A DNA stretch of 63,779 nt, the filler included, from Vannella sp. (taxonomy: Eukaryota), in the NCBI GenBank assembly GCA_023345925.1. It is 7 parts of 7 records of this genome, joined end to end, with 100 filler letters (N's around TTAATTAATTAA, not from the genome) between each part and the next. Parts side by side here need not be neighbours in the genome. Positions count along the whole stretch, not along the records: positions 21,324 to 32,998 come from JAJQQN010000336.1; positions 33,099 to 40,762 come from JAJQQN010000621.1; 5 more parts are not named here. One strand, given 5' to 3'. The notes under the pieces are model-generated. The model searched no databases, was not told the origin of the DNA, and saw only the letters and a program-made list of their open reading frames with translations. A program made the translations under genes and the position numbers. Positions 22,224-36,073 of this stretch are shown in pieces. The number at the start of each line of letters is the position of its first letter. Position 1 is the stretch's first letter.

Positions 22224-23291
22224 TTATGTGACAATTAGCGAGCGGGCGCTCTTCTTTTTACTTCGCGCAGAATAAGGGAGAGCGGGTCGGACAGGTGATA
22301 AAGTGGGAGTCGTGTGGTTGACGGTGTGGTTGAGTCCGAGTTGTCCGTAGCAGTTGTATCCGAAAGCCATTAGTGAGCCTTCCTGAGGAAAGCCGAAAGA
22401 ATGGTACCCTCCTGCAACCAGGGCGCTGATGTTCTTCAGCGAAGGGACTCGAATCGGTTGGGACTGCTTTAGAGTGTTACCCGTCCCCAATCGCCCACGT
22501 CCACTGCATCCCCAACCCCAAACACCGCCATTCTCGTCCAGAGAGAGAGCGTGCACGTATCCACAGGACGCCTGAAGCATGGAAGGGATGTTTCCTATTC
22601 GTTGAAACTTCAAAGGATCCCCAGAAGCGCGGCCCAGTTGACCAAACTCGTTGCCCCCAGCTGAAAAGACGGCTCCTTGCGAGTCTATGATGATCACTCC
22701 CTCTGCCTGTGCAGCTAGACATCGGAGTGGTCCTTCAGAACGTTCAGCAACCCGGATGAGAGTTGGATGGGGAGCGCTGTTGGTGTGGCCGAGGCCCAGT
22801 TGCCCTTTGGCGTTGTCGCCCAACACCCAGAGGGACCCTTCTTCGGCCTCTGCTATGATAAAGCTGTCTCCACAAGCTAACTTGATGAGTGGAGGGAGTC
22901 CTTTCACTTGTTGGGGAAGGAAGGAGGCCCAAGAGAGATTGCTCGAGCTTGTCCACACCCAAAGGCCGCCTTCGGTGTCAACAGCCGCGCTGTGAGAGGT
23001 GCCAGCAACAACCAAAGAAGCAAGAGGAAGCTCTGTTACTCTACAGAAGGTCAGCGAAGGAGGAGAGTCCCGCGAGCGGCCAGTTTCCCAGACACCGCCC
23101 TCCGCATCAAGAACAAGAGAGTGGTGACTTCCCCAGTCCACCTGAACCGGTTGCGGACCATTCCAGGGTACCTCTATCGGTTCTAGCTGGTTTCTTTCGT
23201 GACCAAGACCGAGTTGGCCCTGAAAATTGCATCCAAAAGCCCAAAGGCCCCCTTCAAGGGAGAGGAGGAGCGTGAAGTTGCCAAAAGGCAT
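22224..23291 (-). CDS. RCC1-repeat beta-propeller protein
   Basis: Repeated G.N..GQLGLG and (A/C)G..H(S/T)L motifs; intronless; ends RSKKKSARSLIVT. Confidence 0.9.
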   Translation of the reverse strand: MPFGNFTLLLSLEGGLWAFGCNFQGQLGLGHERNQLEPIEVPWNGPQPVQVDWGSHHSLVLDAEGGVWETGRSRDSPPSLTFCRVTELPLASLVVAGTSHSAAVDTEGGLWVWTSSSNLSWASFLPQQVKGLPPLIKLACGDSFIIAEAEEGSLWVLGDNAKGQLGLGHTNSAPHPTLIRVAERSEGPLRCLAAQAEGVIIIDSQGAVFSAGGNEFGQLGRASGDPLKFQRIGNIPSMLQASCGYVHALSLDENGGVWGWGCSGRGRLGTGNTLKQSQPIRVPSLKNISALVAGGYHSFGFPQEGSLMAFGYNCYGQLGLNHTVNHTTPTLSPVRPALPYSARSKKKSARSLIVT

Positions 23292-23472
23292 CCCAACGAA
23301 TGGCAATCAATCAATCGATAAAAGCAATCAACCTGAATAACCGGAGATCCGACATGAGGAGGAAAGGGACTCAAAAGAGACTTTCTGTGAGATCAAATCC
23401 GCCTAAATGAGTCAAAAGTACGCGAAGCCGTCCTTTAATCAAGCAAAAGTTTTGCATTGGACCAGGAGAGTC

Positions 23473-24968
23473 TTATATGTCACCCAAATCTTCGTAGTCG
23501 GCGCCGTTCAGATCCTCGTCGTACATGGCAGTGGAGGCTTTGTTTCTTTGCTGCCTCTTGTAGCAACAAATCATCAAGAGAATGGCAAGGATGCAGCAGA
23601 AGCAGCAGCAGACAAAGGCACCAACCAGCGACAAAGTCAAGTAGAGAACGAATGAATTCCCTTGTTTTGGAGGTGAGGAAGGAGCTGGCGCAGTGAATGG
23701 AGGAATGGGGTCGGTCAGGGGCTGAACAGCTTCCGCAAAGCCTACTCTCAAGTTCCCAAAGTCGAAGACAGTGTAATACTTGGAGAGTAAGATGTCCCCG
23801 ACAATAAAGTAATTCGGAGCCATGTTCATGGCCATGAACCCGCTCATGCAAGTGATGTGCTTCCCAGTCCCTGTCCTTATGACATAGTCCAAAGGAGTGA
23901 GCGTAAATCCCTTCCCTCCGAACACTAGCGTGATATTCGGCCCGTTGTAGAGAACATTGCAGTTGGGGAAAATCCCGTTGAGAGAGGCTCCAATCTTCTG
24001 ATTCAACTGATAGATTTGAAGTACTGGGCCTGTAATGAGGCTTGTTCCTGTATCAATTAGAGCTTGGCAATCTCTGTTGGGACACCAATCAAGAGAAGAG
24101 CCATCCAAAAGCACATCTTCCATGTTCACTTGCCAGTACGTCTCCGCAGTAAGCGGCACGTAGTGAAGGCCACCAACATAACGGTCGGTGTTGATGCCTC
24201 CAAACACTATTTCGCCTCCAACAGCAGCCTGAGTGGATTGGCTGAGCCAGAAGGAGAATACCTCCTCTTCCACCAAGCCCTGACTGATCATATTGTACCA
24301 CACTGGCACGACACCACCAATAGAGATGTTTTGGAACGCCAAACCTAAGATGCCGTCGAACTGGATCAAGTCCCCGAAGGCAGCAACAGTGGAAGCTTCC
24401 CCAAAGACCTGTCCTTGAACAGCCAAAGATCCAACCGTAACGACATCTTCTGCCAAGAAGCCAGTAGCCCTTCCTTGCCCATACGCGTAAAGGAACTCCT
24501 CGTCGTGGCTTTGGTAAGTGGAGGAGCTTGCCGAGTTGTACTTGTTGCTGCGAGCGTCGCAAACGGAGCAAGAGGACGACGGAACCCAGAGGTTGGAAGA
24601 ACCAGTGTCAAACATGACCAAGAAGCTCTGAGGAGGAGTCCCAATGGTTATGGGACCGAAGTATTGAAGCTGAAGGAAGGTCAACCATGCCCAGAGACGA
24701 CCTGGAAGGGCGACTCTCACATTACGGAAGTCACTCAGGTCTACCTCAGTTGGATCTTCGTTTGAATCGCCTTTACTGTACTTGCGCTGAAGGTGAGCCG
24801 TCTCTTCCCCTCCACCGAAGGAGACCCGCTCTTGTTTAGACAGCAAAGGGACTCTAAAGACCTGTCAGATGATGACCAGCGACCACTATCGCACATTACA
24901 GCCGCATTCGACTCCGTTACAAAAGCCCAGCAGCCCAAGATCACCAGCACAACCAGAGCAACCCGCAT
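23473..24968 (-). CDS. Pepsin-family (A1) aspartic protease with a C-terminal TM anchor
   Basis: Signal peptide MRVALVVLVILG; two 5' introns; catalytic FDTGSSNLWVP and IDTGTSLI; YYTVFD; TM with a Cys cluster and a short acidic tail. Confidence 0.93.
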
Positions 24969-25174
24969 CCACAAAATGACCAATCATAACGCAGAGATTT
25001 CTCGTTTGGCCCTTCCGATTGGTCGAAACCGGTGACACCCAAACCATTGGATTCTTTTCTCCATTGTCGAAGCTTTGATAATATTAATTGGTTCACAATT
25101 GAAGGGTTCAAATGGAGTGATGAGTGAATTATCTTTTCCTCTTTGGAGGCCGAGCAAGAGCAAAGAGGAGGAGA

Positions 25175-27199
25175 ATGATTCGCAACCGCTTCTTGTTTGT
25201 GATTCTGCTTGTCTTCTTCTCGTCTTTGCGGGTGGGACTGGACTCTTGGGCTCATCAGACTGGAGAAGTGGGGTAAGTCGTCGTCCTCGCTCTTCGGCTT
25301 CCTTTCCACGCCTGTGAGGGCGTTGAGAACGCTTGTGAACCTGCTGTTGGGGGTTCTGATACTGATTCATGATGTGCTAGGCGTATCCCTTCCTTGGTAG
25401 AGCGCAGACTCTTGTCCATTGATGGGGAGGAGCCTCTTGGACAGCCCACTGTATCTCAGGGGCTGTTTGGAGTTGCATTGGACAACGACACATTGTCCCA
25501 TGATCCTTTAGGAGACGAACCGCGCTCTGCAACGTGCGGGTCTGAGTTTGACAAGACGATCGGAGTCATCCTCTTTACTGCTGGCGTTCTTTACTGCTTT
25601 GTCGGGCTCGCTATCATCTGTGAAGGAGAGTTCTCTGCTTCTGTTGTAGAGCTCGCCAAGTTCCTCAAGCTTTCGCCCGACGTGGCAGGTTAGTGGAGGC
25701 CATTGACCTCTTGGGGAGCGATAACTTATCCTTTTGTGAAGGAGCCACGCTAATGGCTGCTGGTACTTCCTCTCCGGAGTTGTTTACGTCTCTTGTAGCT
25801 ATTGCAGGTCCTGTAGCTGATATTGGAACCGGAACAATCGTTGGTTCAGGTGCGACATTCCCTCTTTCCTCACTCTCAGGCCCTCACCTTTGGATTGGCA
25901 GCAATCTTTAACATCCTAATCATCATTGGGAGTTGCACGCTCTTCTCTGGTAAGCCAGAGTGCGCAGAATGCTCGAGCAAGTCACTAATGAGAGTGGAAT
26001 GTCAGCTCATGTCTTCCATTTGGACTGGAAGCCAGTGCTGAGAGATAGCATCGTGAACTTAGGTTCTTTTATCTTTCTTTATGCTGTTTTCCTTGATCAA
26101 ACAGTTTATTGGTACGTCCTTTGGCTGGTTCTGGTCGAGATCTGACTCTCTTTAGGTACGAGGCATTCCTGGGATGCTTTTTGTACGTGGCCTATGTGGC
26201 AATGATGGCTTTCAACCACCAGCTCATGAAGAGTATGGATTGGATTGCCACCAAAGTGATTCAGATGGCTCCGTGCCTTTCTGTGTGCAAGACTCCTCCA
26301 AAGGAACCAAACGGCACTACTGGAGAAGTAAGCAAAGACAATGCCCCTCTCCTTGGTGATTTTGAGACCAAAGAATTCGATCAGATGGAACTGGGTAACG
26401 TTGCGGATGAGCAAGAGGAGCCCCAGGATTCGGCATCACAGCAATCAGAGGTCTCCCTTCAAGAAGATAATGGATTTGACGAACCAGAAGAGCCCCGAGA
26501 GCATGGAAGTCACTATCCTCAGTCAGCTATTGGGTGGGTTTGGTTTGTGTTGTCATGGCCTTACGAGATACTTTTCAAGTACACTATTCCACCAGTGAAA
26601 GGGAGGTACAAGTACCAATTCATCGCATCCTTCTTCATTTCCTTGGTCTGGTTGGGATTCTTTACCACATTGATGGTCAAGTGGACCGAGAAGATTGGCT
26701 GTGTACTTGGTATTGAGGATGCTGTCATGGGAATCACCTTCCTGGCTGTTGGAACAAGCATGCCTGATTGTCTAACCTCCATCTTCGTTGCCCGCGCAGG
26801 CAGAGGAAATATGGCTGTTTGCAATGCTCTTGTATGAATAGGTACACTTTGGCAGTTCGCTCACTAATTGTCTTTTCAGGGAAGTAATGTTTTCGACATT
26901 CTGCTCGCATTGAGCCTCCCGTGGGCTCTTTCAACTGTACTTACTCAAACTCCTGTGGCAGTCAAAAGCGAGGTGAGAGAAGTCGAGACTCCTTCCGTGC
27001 AAGTGCCGAGATATTAACCGAATGCCAGTCACTCACCCAAGATGTCATTCTGCTGACTGGAACTTTGGCAATTTTCCTTTTCACAATGTGTGCTACACGG
27101 TGGCGCTTGAGCAAGCCTGTTGGAGTATTCTTTTACATACTTTATGGTATCTTCGTAGTTATAACGGTCCTTCAAGAAATGGGAATCATTCCCATGTAA
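25175..27199 (+). CDS. K+-dependent Na+/Ca2+ exchanger (NCKX/SLC24-like)
   Basis: Spliced alpha-1 repeat DVAGATLMAAGTSSPELFTS and alpha-2 repeat GITFLAVGTSMPDCLTS...NALGSNVFDI; multiple GT-AG introns. Confidence 0.92.
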
Positions 27200-27213
27200 T
27201 ACAAGCCTCATGA

Positions 27214-30200
27214 CTATTGAAGTTGGAGAGATCGTTTGAAGTCCAAGATACTTTCCATATCCACATCTAACTGCTGAATTCGTTCCAAACGGGAGATGAT
27301 CTCGTCCATATCTGGTCGAACTTCTGGGTTCCCGTCGATGCATTCCTCGATGAGCTGCTGCAAGGTATCAGGAAGTGGGCCATGTTCAGGACGAGCATTA
27401 TTCTCAAGGATATGAAACATGAGCTGGATATCAATCGATTAGAGATCGATCTTGTCAGGGGAATCAACATACCATAGCGTTGCTAACTTTAGCCATGGGC
27501 CCAATACTGTAGGGAGCGAGACCAGTTATTAGCTCCAGAACAAGAATACCAAAAGAGTAGACATCCGCTTTGGAAGAGTACTTTTCGCGGGAGAGTACTT
27601 CAGGAGCCATGTAAACAGGGGTGCCAACACAAGTCATTGTTCTTGTGTGAGAAGGAATTACTGTGCTTATCCCAAAATCTGCTACCTTGCATTGATAGGC
27701 AGAGTTCACGAGGAGATTGTGCGGTTTGATGTCTCGGTGGATGAGGTTATTATCATGCAGATGTTTTCTGCGGAGGAGTTAGTCATCAGCTAAGAGAGCG
27801 GAGTACTTACAATCCCCGAGCAGCACCAATGAGCAATTCAATTCGGAGTTCCCAGCTGATGTCCTGTTCCGCAGCAACAAATTGTTTGATACTTCCACAC
27901 TCCATCAACTCCGTAATCAAGCAAATAGTATTCTCATCAGGGAGAGCAATGCCAAGAAATAGAACAATATTGGGATGTGTTAAGGCACTCATCAACTTAA
28001 TTTCACGCAAGAACTCTTCAATGATACTTTCATCGAGAAGTTCGAAGCCAATCAATAACTCTTTCATCGCAATCTTAACCTTAACCTCTCCCCTACTAAA
28101 GGTGAGAAATGGATTGAAAAGAGGAGTTGCCTTACGCATCCCATGTTCCGCTGGTAACAAGGCCAGATGCTCCTTTGCCAATCCGCTCTCCCATGGTTAT
28201 TTGTTCCCAAGGTACTCGGGGAATCTCTGGGTCAGCTAAGATGCCTTTCAGACGCATTAGTGTAAATCCAAGTGAGAAGGGTGTGGCGCACTTTCGATGG
28301 TGAGATTTGGTCTGTCCTTGAAACGTGGCATTGTAGCTCGCATGAGGACCCGTTTTTGCCTCTCCTTTTGCACGAAATGCAAAAGCATTAATCCGCCCAC
28401 TACCAATGTGAGGAACAAAAGGACGAAAATCAAGAGAGTCAAAAATGTTTCGGGTGAAATCACAACCGGACGACAGGAATCAGAATCTCCGAGCCTTTCC
28501 ACACGATAACCTGTGGAACAACCAAACAAAAGAACAGAGCAAGTTTGCTTCTTGATATGATTCAGTTCTGCTTCACCAGAGACAACTGTAAAGTCCAACA
28601 AGCAGGTTTCGTTGTTTCCTCCCTGTAGGAAGATGGAAGTGAATTCTGCCATTCCTGAAATTCAAATGAAAGTCTGATCGCGTATTTCCCAACCAACTTA
28701 CCATTCTCTGGATTGAGTGGAGTATTGATGGGCTCAGAGAGACAATCACCAGATACAGTCACAGAAACCTGCGTGCTGTTCAAGAATTCTCCTCTAATAA
28801 GGGTTCCAAACTCATCTTGTAATGAGAGAGAAACTTGGAAGATAGTATCATCTAACTTGACAGTGGTTGGACACACCTCGTTAAAGCGTGACACCCAGGG
28901 GTCTTAAAGATGGTCAATTTTCAATACTCGAAGTACAACACTACTCACATGTTGCAAACCCGTCCGTCGTATCATATCCAGTGCTAATGCTCGGAGCGAA
29001 TTCGCAATTCTTACAGAATTGGAATGCATTAGAGATGTTCGGGAGAGCCTGCCATCCAACTGATGAACCTGCCCAGATGGCTGCGTTGTTAAGGAACTTT
29101 GCGTCGTATAGCCAAGAAAGAGGGTCGTCGACCGAATTAATGAATGCTCCGCCGCCCATTTTCAAGGCAGTATTGTTGACGAATTCTGTGGGAGCCCCAA
29201 AGAATGGTGCTGAGACACCTTCTTCCACACAAAGTCCTCCTCCGTATGTCGCACTGTTGCTAATCATTGAAACATTGATAAACTTCTCTGTGCGAGAATG
29301 GATTTGAGTTTCAGCTCGCGAGGGAAGTACGTAAATTGCACCTCCCAGAAGGGCATGGTTTCCCTGAAGGCGAATATCCTGAAAGAGGGGAAGCCTGTTT
29401 TCTGTTATCTCACTCTTTGCATTGTTCACAAAAGTGATCCCTCCACCAGAAGAAGCAGAATTGTTCAAAAAGAGGATGTTGCGGAGGAGCAATAGTGAAC
29501 CCTTGTTGTAAAATCCACCTCCAGTGTTGGCCCTGTTCAGTGTAAAAGTTGAATCATTCAATTCTCCTCCCACACTGAAATCAGAGTAGCAACCTCCACC
29601 CAACTTAGCAGTATTGCTCCTGCAAATCGGGTTAGCGATAAAGATATGAATGGGAAAGATCTTACACAAAGAGACAATCTGATATATGTGGGGTTGAACT
29701 ATCAGCACAGTGAATGCCCCCGCCAGCTCCAGAAGAACGGTTCTCCGTGATCAACACATGGCTGAGATGAGGAGATCCTCCACCTTTGATCGCAATACAT
29801 CCCCCATTGCCTAATGAGTGGTTCTCATCACATTGACTCCGAGTGAGAGAGCCATTGCTATTTTGAAAGAGAATCGCTCCCCCCTCTAGCCTGGCGAAGT
29901 TAAAGGAGAAGGTACTGTCTTCAACAGTTGGTCCAAGGGTAGAAGAGGATGCAATAGCTCCACCCACAGTTCCAGTATTCCTCTGTAATCGATCAGTTCG
30001 CTTGTGAGATAAGTTGAAGAGAGTAAACGAGCCGAGCCTACCTCAAATGAACAGTTTTTGATTGCGGGATTTGCTTGATCTTGAATCCAAATGGCCCCAC
30101 CACCAGTAGCATTTCCTTCGTTGTTGAGGAAAGTCGTATTTGTGATGGAACCAAAACTAGCGTCTCCCATCAATATTCCTCCACCACGCGATACAGCGAT

Positions 30201-32884
30201 ATTCCGAGTAAATTCAGAAGAAAGAATAGTCAGTTGTGTAAAGTCCTCGGTCCAGATTCCCCCACCAGAGTAAGCACCATTCTCAGTAACAGTTGTCCGC
30301 TCCATGTTGACTTGAGCATCATTCCGCATGCTTATGCCTCCTCCTGTGCTGTTAGCAAAGTTCAGGGAGATGGTACATTCAATCACTTCGTTGCTCATCC
30401 CGGAGTTAAACAGGATCCCCCCTCCTTCTTGGCCTGTGTTGGAAGAGATATTCACTTGGTTGACCTTAAGGGAAGACTTGTCTTGGGTGCAGATCGCACC
30501 TCCACCCGTCGAAGCTCCGTTCAAGATGAATTGAGAACGAGCTACTTCACTCTCCGCAAACTGTGACAGTAGGAGACCACCTCCAGAGCTTCCACTCCTA
30601 TTGTGTTCAAAAAGGCAACCTGTGCATTTGAATTTTGAACCTCCTGAAGAAGCAACAGCCCCACCAGAAGAGTAGGCCTGATTGTAAGAAAACACCACAT
30701 CATCAAAAGAAGATTGAACGAGGCCCCGTAAGAATATAGCGCCTCCTTCCAGAGCAGTGTTTTCTCCATAGTAATCCAATTTCGAAACAAAATTGACTAA
30801 TCCATCCGAACGCACCGCACCCCCGTATCGTTGCGCTTGATTTCCTATGAAGCGATTCCCCTCGGAGTGATAGGTTGAGTTAAATAAGTAAACTGCTCCT
30901 CCATCTTCCTTTGCTGAACAATTCAAGGCTTGAGTGTTGATAAGGGCCACTTCGGACGATGAAGCATACAAAGCTCCACCAGATCCACTCATTGCGCGGG
31001 ATGACCTGTTCAAGGTTTAAGGATCAGGTAACCACAAAAAAAGTCACATACGTAATTGAGCACTCTTCCATATACAGCTGAGACCGAAGTAAAGATAAAG
31101 ATGCTCCATCGGAGGAAGAGATATCCTCGAAATAGCTTCCTGTCAAGTTGAAAGAACTCGCTTCAGCTTTGATTGCTGATGTCCCGATTAATTCTGTCCC
31201 CAAATGAGAAAAGGTAGCATTATTAATGGTTCCTGAGGATGCAGAAATGACTAAACCGCCCAAGGGACCAAGCACAGTGCTATTGCTCGCAAACACATTT
31301 TCCATTCGGAAACTAGACACAGAGCGAAGCCAAAGCAAATAGTTGATAACGCCAAAGAGGCGCTCAATCATCACACCGTTGATGACCAATAAGTCACAAG
31401 ATTCTACTTGTAAGAGACCGATATTGCAATCAACAGCTCCAATGTTATCCAACCGGGCAGAATCAAACCCTCTCACAGAAAGCAGAGAGAACTTTGACTC
31501 GAGATGATCCTGCTGGGAGATTCCGTTGCTAACGTAAAACCCAACTATAGAAGCATTTGCTCTACCTTGGCCTGTAAGAGAGACAAAGGACTCATCCAAA
31601 TTGCGGGACAGATTGAGAGTGTCCACTTTGACACTATTTACCAACACAAAAACGCTGCAATCAACCACCAAGAAATTCTGGTTGGCCTGCAAGTTAGTTG
31701 CTTCAAAATGGGAGATGGTAGCAATCGGCCCGAGGATCTGAGCAAATGTTTCCAGCTGGCCTGACACGTAAACTTGATCAATCGTGGATTTTCGGAAATC
31801 TTTCAAGAGCACTCCTCGCTTTCCACTGACCTCTTGGAAGGACAGTGAGTGGATGGCGCAATCAGAGGTTGAGTCGCCTGGCGGTGCCATTAACTCAATA
31901 AAACTCGGGGTGATCCAATTTGAGTTGATGGAAGTGATGTTCTGGATATATACTGTTCCTGAGTGACTTCCTGATATCAATCCAACTGTAGATTGCTTCA
32001 AAACAATGTTCTGGAGAGAGCAATTTGCATAATTCGCTGTCAAGAGATACTTTGCAGTACTTGAATCCACTACCACTTCTCTCACAACAAGAGACATCAC
32101 TGTCTCTGCAGAAGAGAAGGAAGACCGAAAGTAACCTCCCACTAGGGACATTGAAACAGAGAGATTTCGCAAAATCACCTCAGAAGCAGCACTTGTCATC
32201 CAAAAGTCATCCTCTACAGAGACTTGATAAAGAGAAGTAGAGTTATCTGAAATAAACTGTCCCTCGAAGATGCTACTCTGATCCAGAGTGACATTAGACA
32301 TCGAGACTGACTCCAATTCGAGCTTAGCTGCAGTAATCTCGAGAAGCCTGAGATAGGAGAGGTCACTAAAAGCCACAGCACGCATTTGGAAAACTCCCAG
32401 GCTGACATTAGAGGATCGCCAAGAGAGCCAGGTCACTTTGGGTGCAGAAGGAATCGTGGCATCCGCTTCTATGAAGCTCAGACCTTCAAGGTACACAGAG
32501 ACAAGACCATTAGCTGTCATATCAATGAGTGGTTCTCTCTGCCGGATAAAGCAACCAATGGAAGTGTCCTCACAACTAAACGCAAGATGAGTGCACTTTC
32601 AACTGCATAGAGGCTTCTCACCTCACTCGAAGACTACATGTGAGATTAGTCACGAGTCTCTCGTTACCTTGAGGTGGATAGACGCCTTCCTTCACTCGAA
32701 TCCAGACCATATCCGAAGGATCCAAAAGGATACCCATGACAGAGTCCAGTGCACTCTGAAGACCCCCACACGGCTCTAATGGACTACCACAAAGATCTGA
32801 TATGCCATTAGGAGACACATAAACAACCGTAGGTTCTCCAGCAATCACAACCACCCAGAGAAGCAGCAGACCCCACCGACCCAT
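27214..32884 (-). CDS. Single-pass receptor-like kinase: parallel beta-helix (GGA[I/V] repeat) ectodomain, TM, TKL-type kinase
   Basis: Signal peptide + VVYVSPNG; many N.A..GGAI repeats; TM FLTLLIFVLLFLTLVVGGL; kinase motifs IGKGASG, AMK, HRDIKPHN, DFG, GTPVYMAPE; multi-exon. Confidence 0.88.
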
Positions 32885-32998
32885 GGGGAAATGCTCCCAA
32901 AAGAGAACATCAACTCACTGTGGTATAATTTGTTTAAATCCAAGACAAACCCCAAAGGGTAAAAAGATGGTTCACTTTTATGAGGGAATTCGTTTGAC

Positions 32999-33098
32999 NN
33001 NNNNNNNNNNNNNNNNNNNNNNNNNNNNNNNNNNNNNNNNNNTTAATTAATTAANNNNNNNNNNNNNNNNNNNNNNNNNNNNNNNNNNNNNNNNNNNN
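32999..33098. other. Artificial contig spacer
   Basis: N-run + TTAATTAATTAA + N-run. Confidence 0.98.
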
Positions 33099-33447
33099 GG
33101 CATGGCCCACGTATCCACTCCGGCCTCCTTGCGCAAGAAGGAGGAAGCGGGTTCCCTAATTAAAACCCGTTTTTCCAAAAAAAAAAAGACCTTCATCTCT
33201 TTAGGATCAGCTTTTGGACGGATATCATTTTTTGAGTTTTGAGTAGCTTGCCCTGAAGCTTTTGGAGTGATTTGGACGGATTTCATTTTTCACTTTTTGG
33301 ACCCAAACAAGGGGAAATCGCAGCTCGACTTTTCTCCATCCCATTGTTGGAAAGTCCCTCTAAAATCGATCGGGACCTTAACCAATGAGCTTTTTATGTG
33401 TTTTGGTAAAGGTGCTTTTTGAGCTCATTTGATCATCCCTCCAAACG

Positions 33448-34783
33448 ATGGAAGTCTGGCGTGGCAAGCTGGTGACGCCGCTTGCCAACAGTGCAAAGAA
33501 GGTGAGGGTAGCTAGCGCCAAGTCCAAAGATCTTCATGTCCTTCCCTCGTGTGATTTAGTGGTTCTTCACGTGGTCTTTCAACTGTTTTGATAGAGTCTC
33601 AGTTTTTGTGGTGAGAGTATCAGTCTTCGCGGCAAGAGACTCCACCAAGCCAGATTCAAGCTGGGCCTTCATTTCGGTCATGCGGGAGTGAAATTTGACT
33701 TCAATGGACTTGAGGCTGCCCACCATGAGCTTCTAGCTTCCTGAAGGTCCTTGACGATGATGGAGGATGGGGGTACAAATGTCTCGTTGGTGGACTGCCG
33801 GGCGAAGGACTCCGAAGTGGCGGTGAGGCACGTCCTTGAGTCCACGACTGACCTGAGCATGGACAGGGAATAAGTTAGCCAGTATAATTGGGGTACCTTT
33901 TCAACTTTTCCTCCTTTTCGGGGAATGCTCCACGCTTCGACGCGCTGCACCCCGGAGCTTCTCATTTATTCATTCACATTATTAAGAAGTTACTCCTCAG
34001 GACCTGGCAGCTCTTCTGTTGCTCATAGAAACCCTCGATAGCATCCTCAGCGATCAAGAAACCCACGCCCAGACGGCAGCTTCTTGGACCCAATATCCCT
34101 CTTCATCAGATGTAGACCAAATCAAGGACAATTTAGCCAGCAAGCTTGATAAGTCCGGCATTGCTCTTTGCAAGATAGTTCCCATTCATTTGTTCATAAA
34201 TAGCGTTCAACTCGGATGGCCCTTCATTCTCCTTTTACTTCCTGCGCACTTTTGATGCGAATCGAAAAGTAAGCGTTATTGAGTCTCCTGAGGAGCTCTG
34301 CTGTCATCTCTGTCTCTTTGCTGATCTCTCCCAAGAGATGTTCCACTTCGATGGAGGAATGCATTGGGTTCCCTTGAAGCTATTAGACAGCGCACAGTAT
34401 TCTGATTCACTTACCCAGTATCACCCGGCTGTGGTTACTGCTCATCTGTACACTTGGCGTCAAGGCGAGCACTAACAACCGTTACTTTCTACTCTTGGAA
34501 CTGAGAAGAGGCTTCCCACCGGAGGAAACGTCATCCAGAACTCTACATTGATAGTGAGTTGAAAGTACTATCTAGCTGCGCATCGGACTTACTCGGCTGG
34601 GAAGAGACCAAGTCCGATCAAATAAGAGAGATTCAAGAAGCCCTCTTCGTATCACCCAACGTCAGGTTCAGAACCAACAACAAGCCCAAACACACCTTGA
34701 ACCAGCCGTTTCACCAAACACTCTGCCGCTGCCAACTCGTTCGCTCCAGACATCCAACAAACAATAAGAACGAGAATGAGTAA
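33448..34783 (+). CDS. Probable multi-exon hypothetical protein (exon structure unresolved)
   Basis: ATG exon MEVWRGKLVTPLANSAKK followed by a GTGAGG donor; several donor/acceptor signals and short coding-like ORFs. I could not assemble a full model. Confidence 0.3.
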
Positions 34784-34947
34784 TCACCAACGATCTCGAT
34801 TGAAGTCACGTGTGAAGCCTCAAGAGACGCATTTGGGTCCTTTGAAGCACCCAAAACTCAAAAAATGAAATCAGCTTAAAAGCTTATCCTGAAGAGATGG
34901 AGGTTATCAGGACACTCTACGCAAACACAAGATTTTCTCCTGAATTC

Positions 34948-35921
34948 TCAGTGACGAGCACGTTTAGCTTTGGGAGATGGGTTCGCTCTGGAATAGCGAA
35001 TAAGCTCTTCAATAGTGGATTCTCCGCAATCCTTTCCGCGCGAATGTCAGCGAGAGGAAAGGGAATGGAGGAATAGAGCTGGCTTACTGCTGCTGTATGC
35101 CGGTCTCCTCCGCAGTTAAAGCAGAACTCATAGCCAGAAGCCCTTCCTATCTTGTGGAGAACGGAAACGCGTTGGGGCACGAACTCTAGATTGGCTTGGC
35201 AGCGCAAGGCAATGTGACCACTTTCCCCGCATCGGTGACATACTTGTCGACGGTTAGGACAGTCTCTTGATGTGTGGCCTCTCTGCAAGCATTCATAGCA
35301 AAGCTTTGGAAGGAGATCAGTCCAAAGGAGAGCCCAATGCACTTGTCAACCGACCTTGTTCGGGCATTTGTACTGGATATGACCTGTCTCTCCACATTCG
35401 CGGCATTTGGTCTTCTTGCCTTCTTCTACACACTCAAACTGGGTGTGGCCACCCTCTCCACAGTTGAAGCACACGACGGAGAGGTCTAATTCGTCATAAT
35501 AACGTTTCTGCTGCGAGTGTGAGAGTGTGTAGAAGGCTTAGGGTGTGTAGCATACGCCTTTCTTCTTTGGGGTAGTTTCTTCAATGATGGGAGTGGCGTT
35601 GATGACGACATCGTCGATTGTCCTCTTCCTCGGACGCTTTTCCTTGATCTCTCCCTCCTCCACTTCATCAGGATGGTCATACACCACTGCAGAGATGATG
35701 CCTTTCAAGATCGCATCGCGAGAAAGCCCGTTGGGCTTGAGGGGAACGTCTCCTTCGCTGCTCTCCTCTTCCTCAGATGCGCCACTTTCTTCCGTTTCGT
35801 CCCCCTCTGGGCGTATCCGCACTTCACTCTTACCCTCTAAGGTCCCTGTGTATGCTTGCAACAGAAGAGAGTCCAAAACCTCCTCATCTTCACTCAAATC
35901 ACTCCCATAAGGGTCTCCCAT
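34948..35921 (-). CDS. CCHC zinc-knuckle protein, Air1/Air2 (ZCCHC7)-like
   Basis: Acidic N-terminus, then five spliced CX2CX4HX4C knuckles (CFNCGEGGHTQFEC, CRECGETGHIQYKC, CYECLQRGHTSRDC, CHRCGESGHIALRC, CFNCGGDRHTAADC). Confidence 0.8.
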
Positions 35922-36073
35922 GACCTCCGCCTGACAACTTCAAAAGAATGAGCTCCACTCAGGTTGGCGTACAATCGCGGACGTTCCCTTCACATCTCTA
36001 CCATCCTAGTTACTCTCCAGAACGAGTCCGGATCCTTATTGCGCTTTTGGGTTCATTTCCCGCCTCTTCTTCG

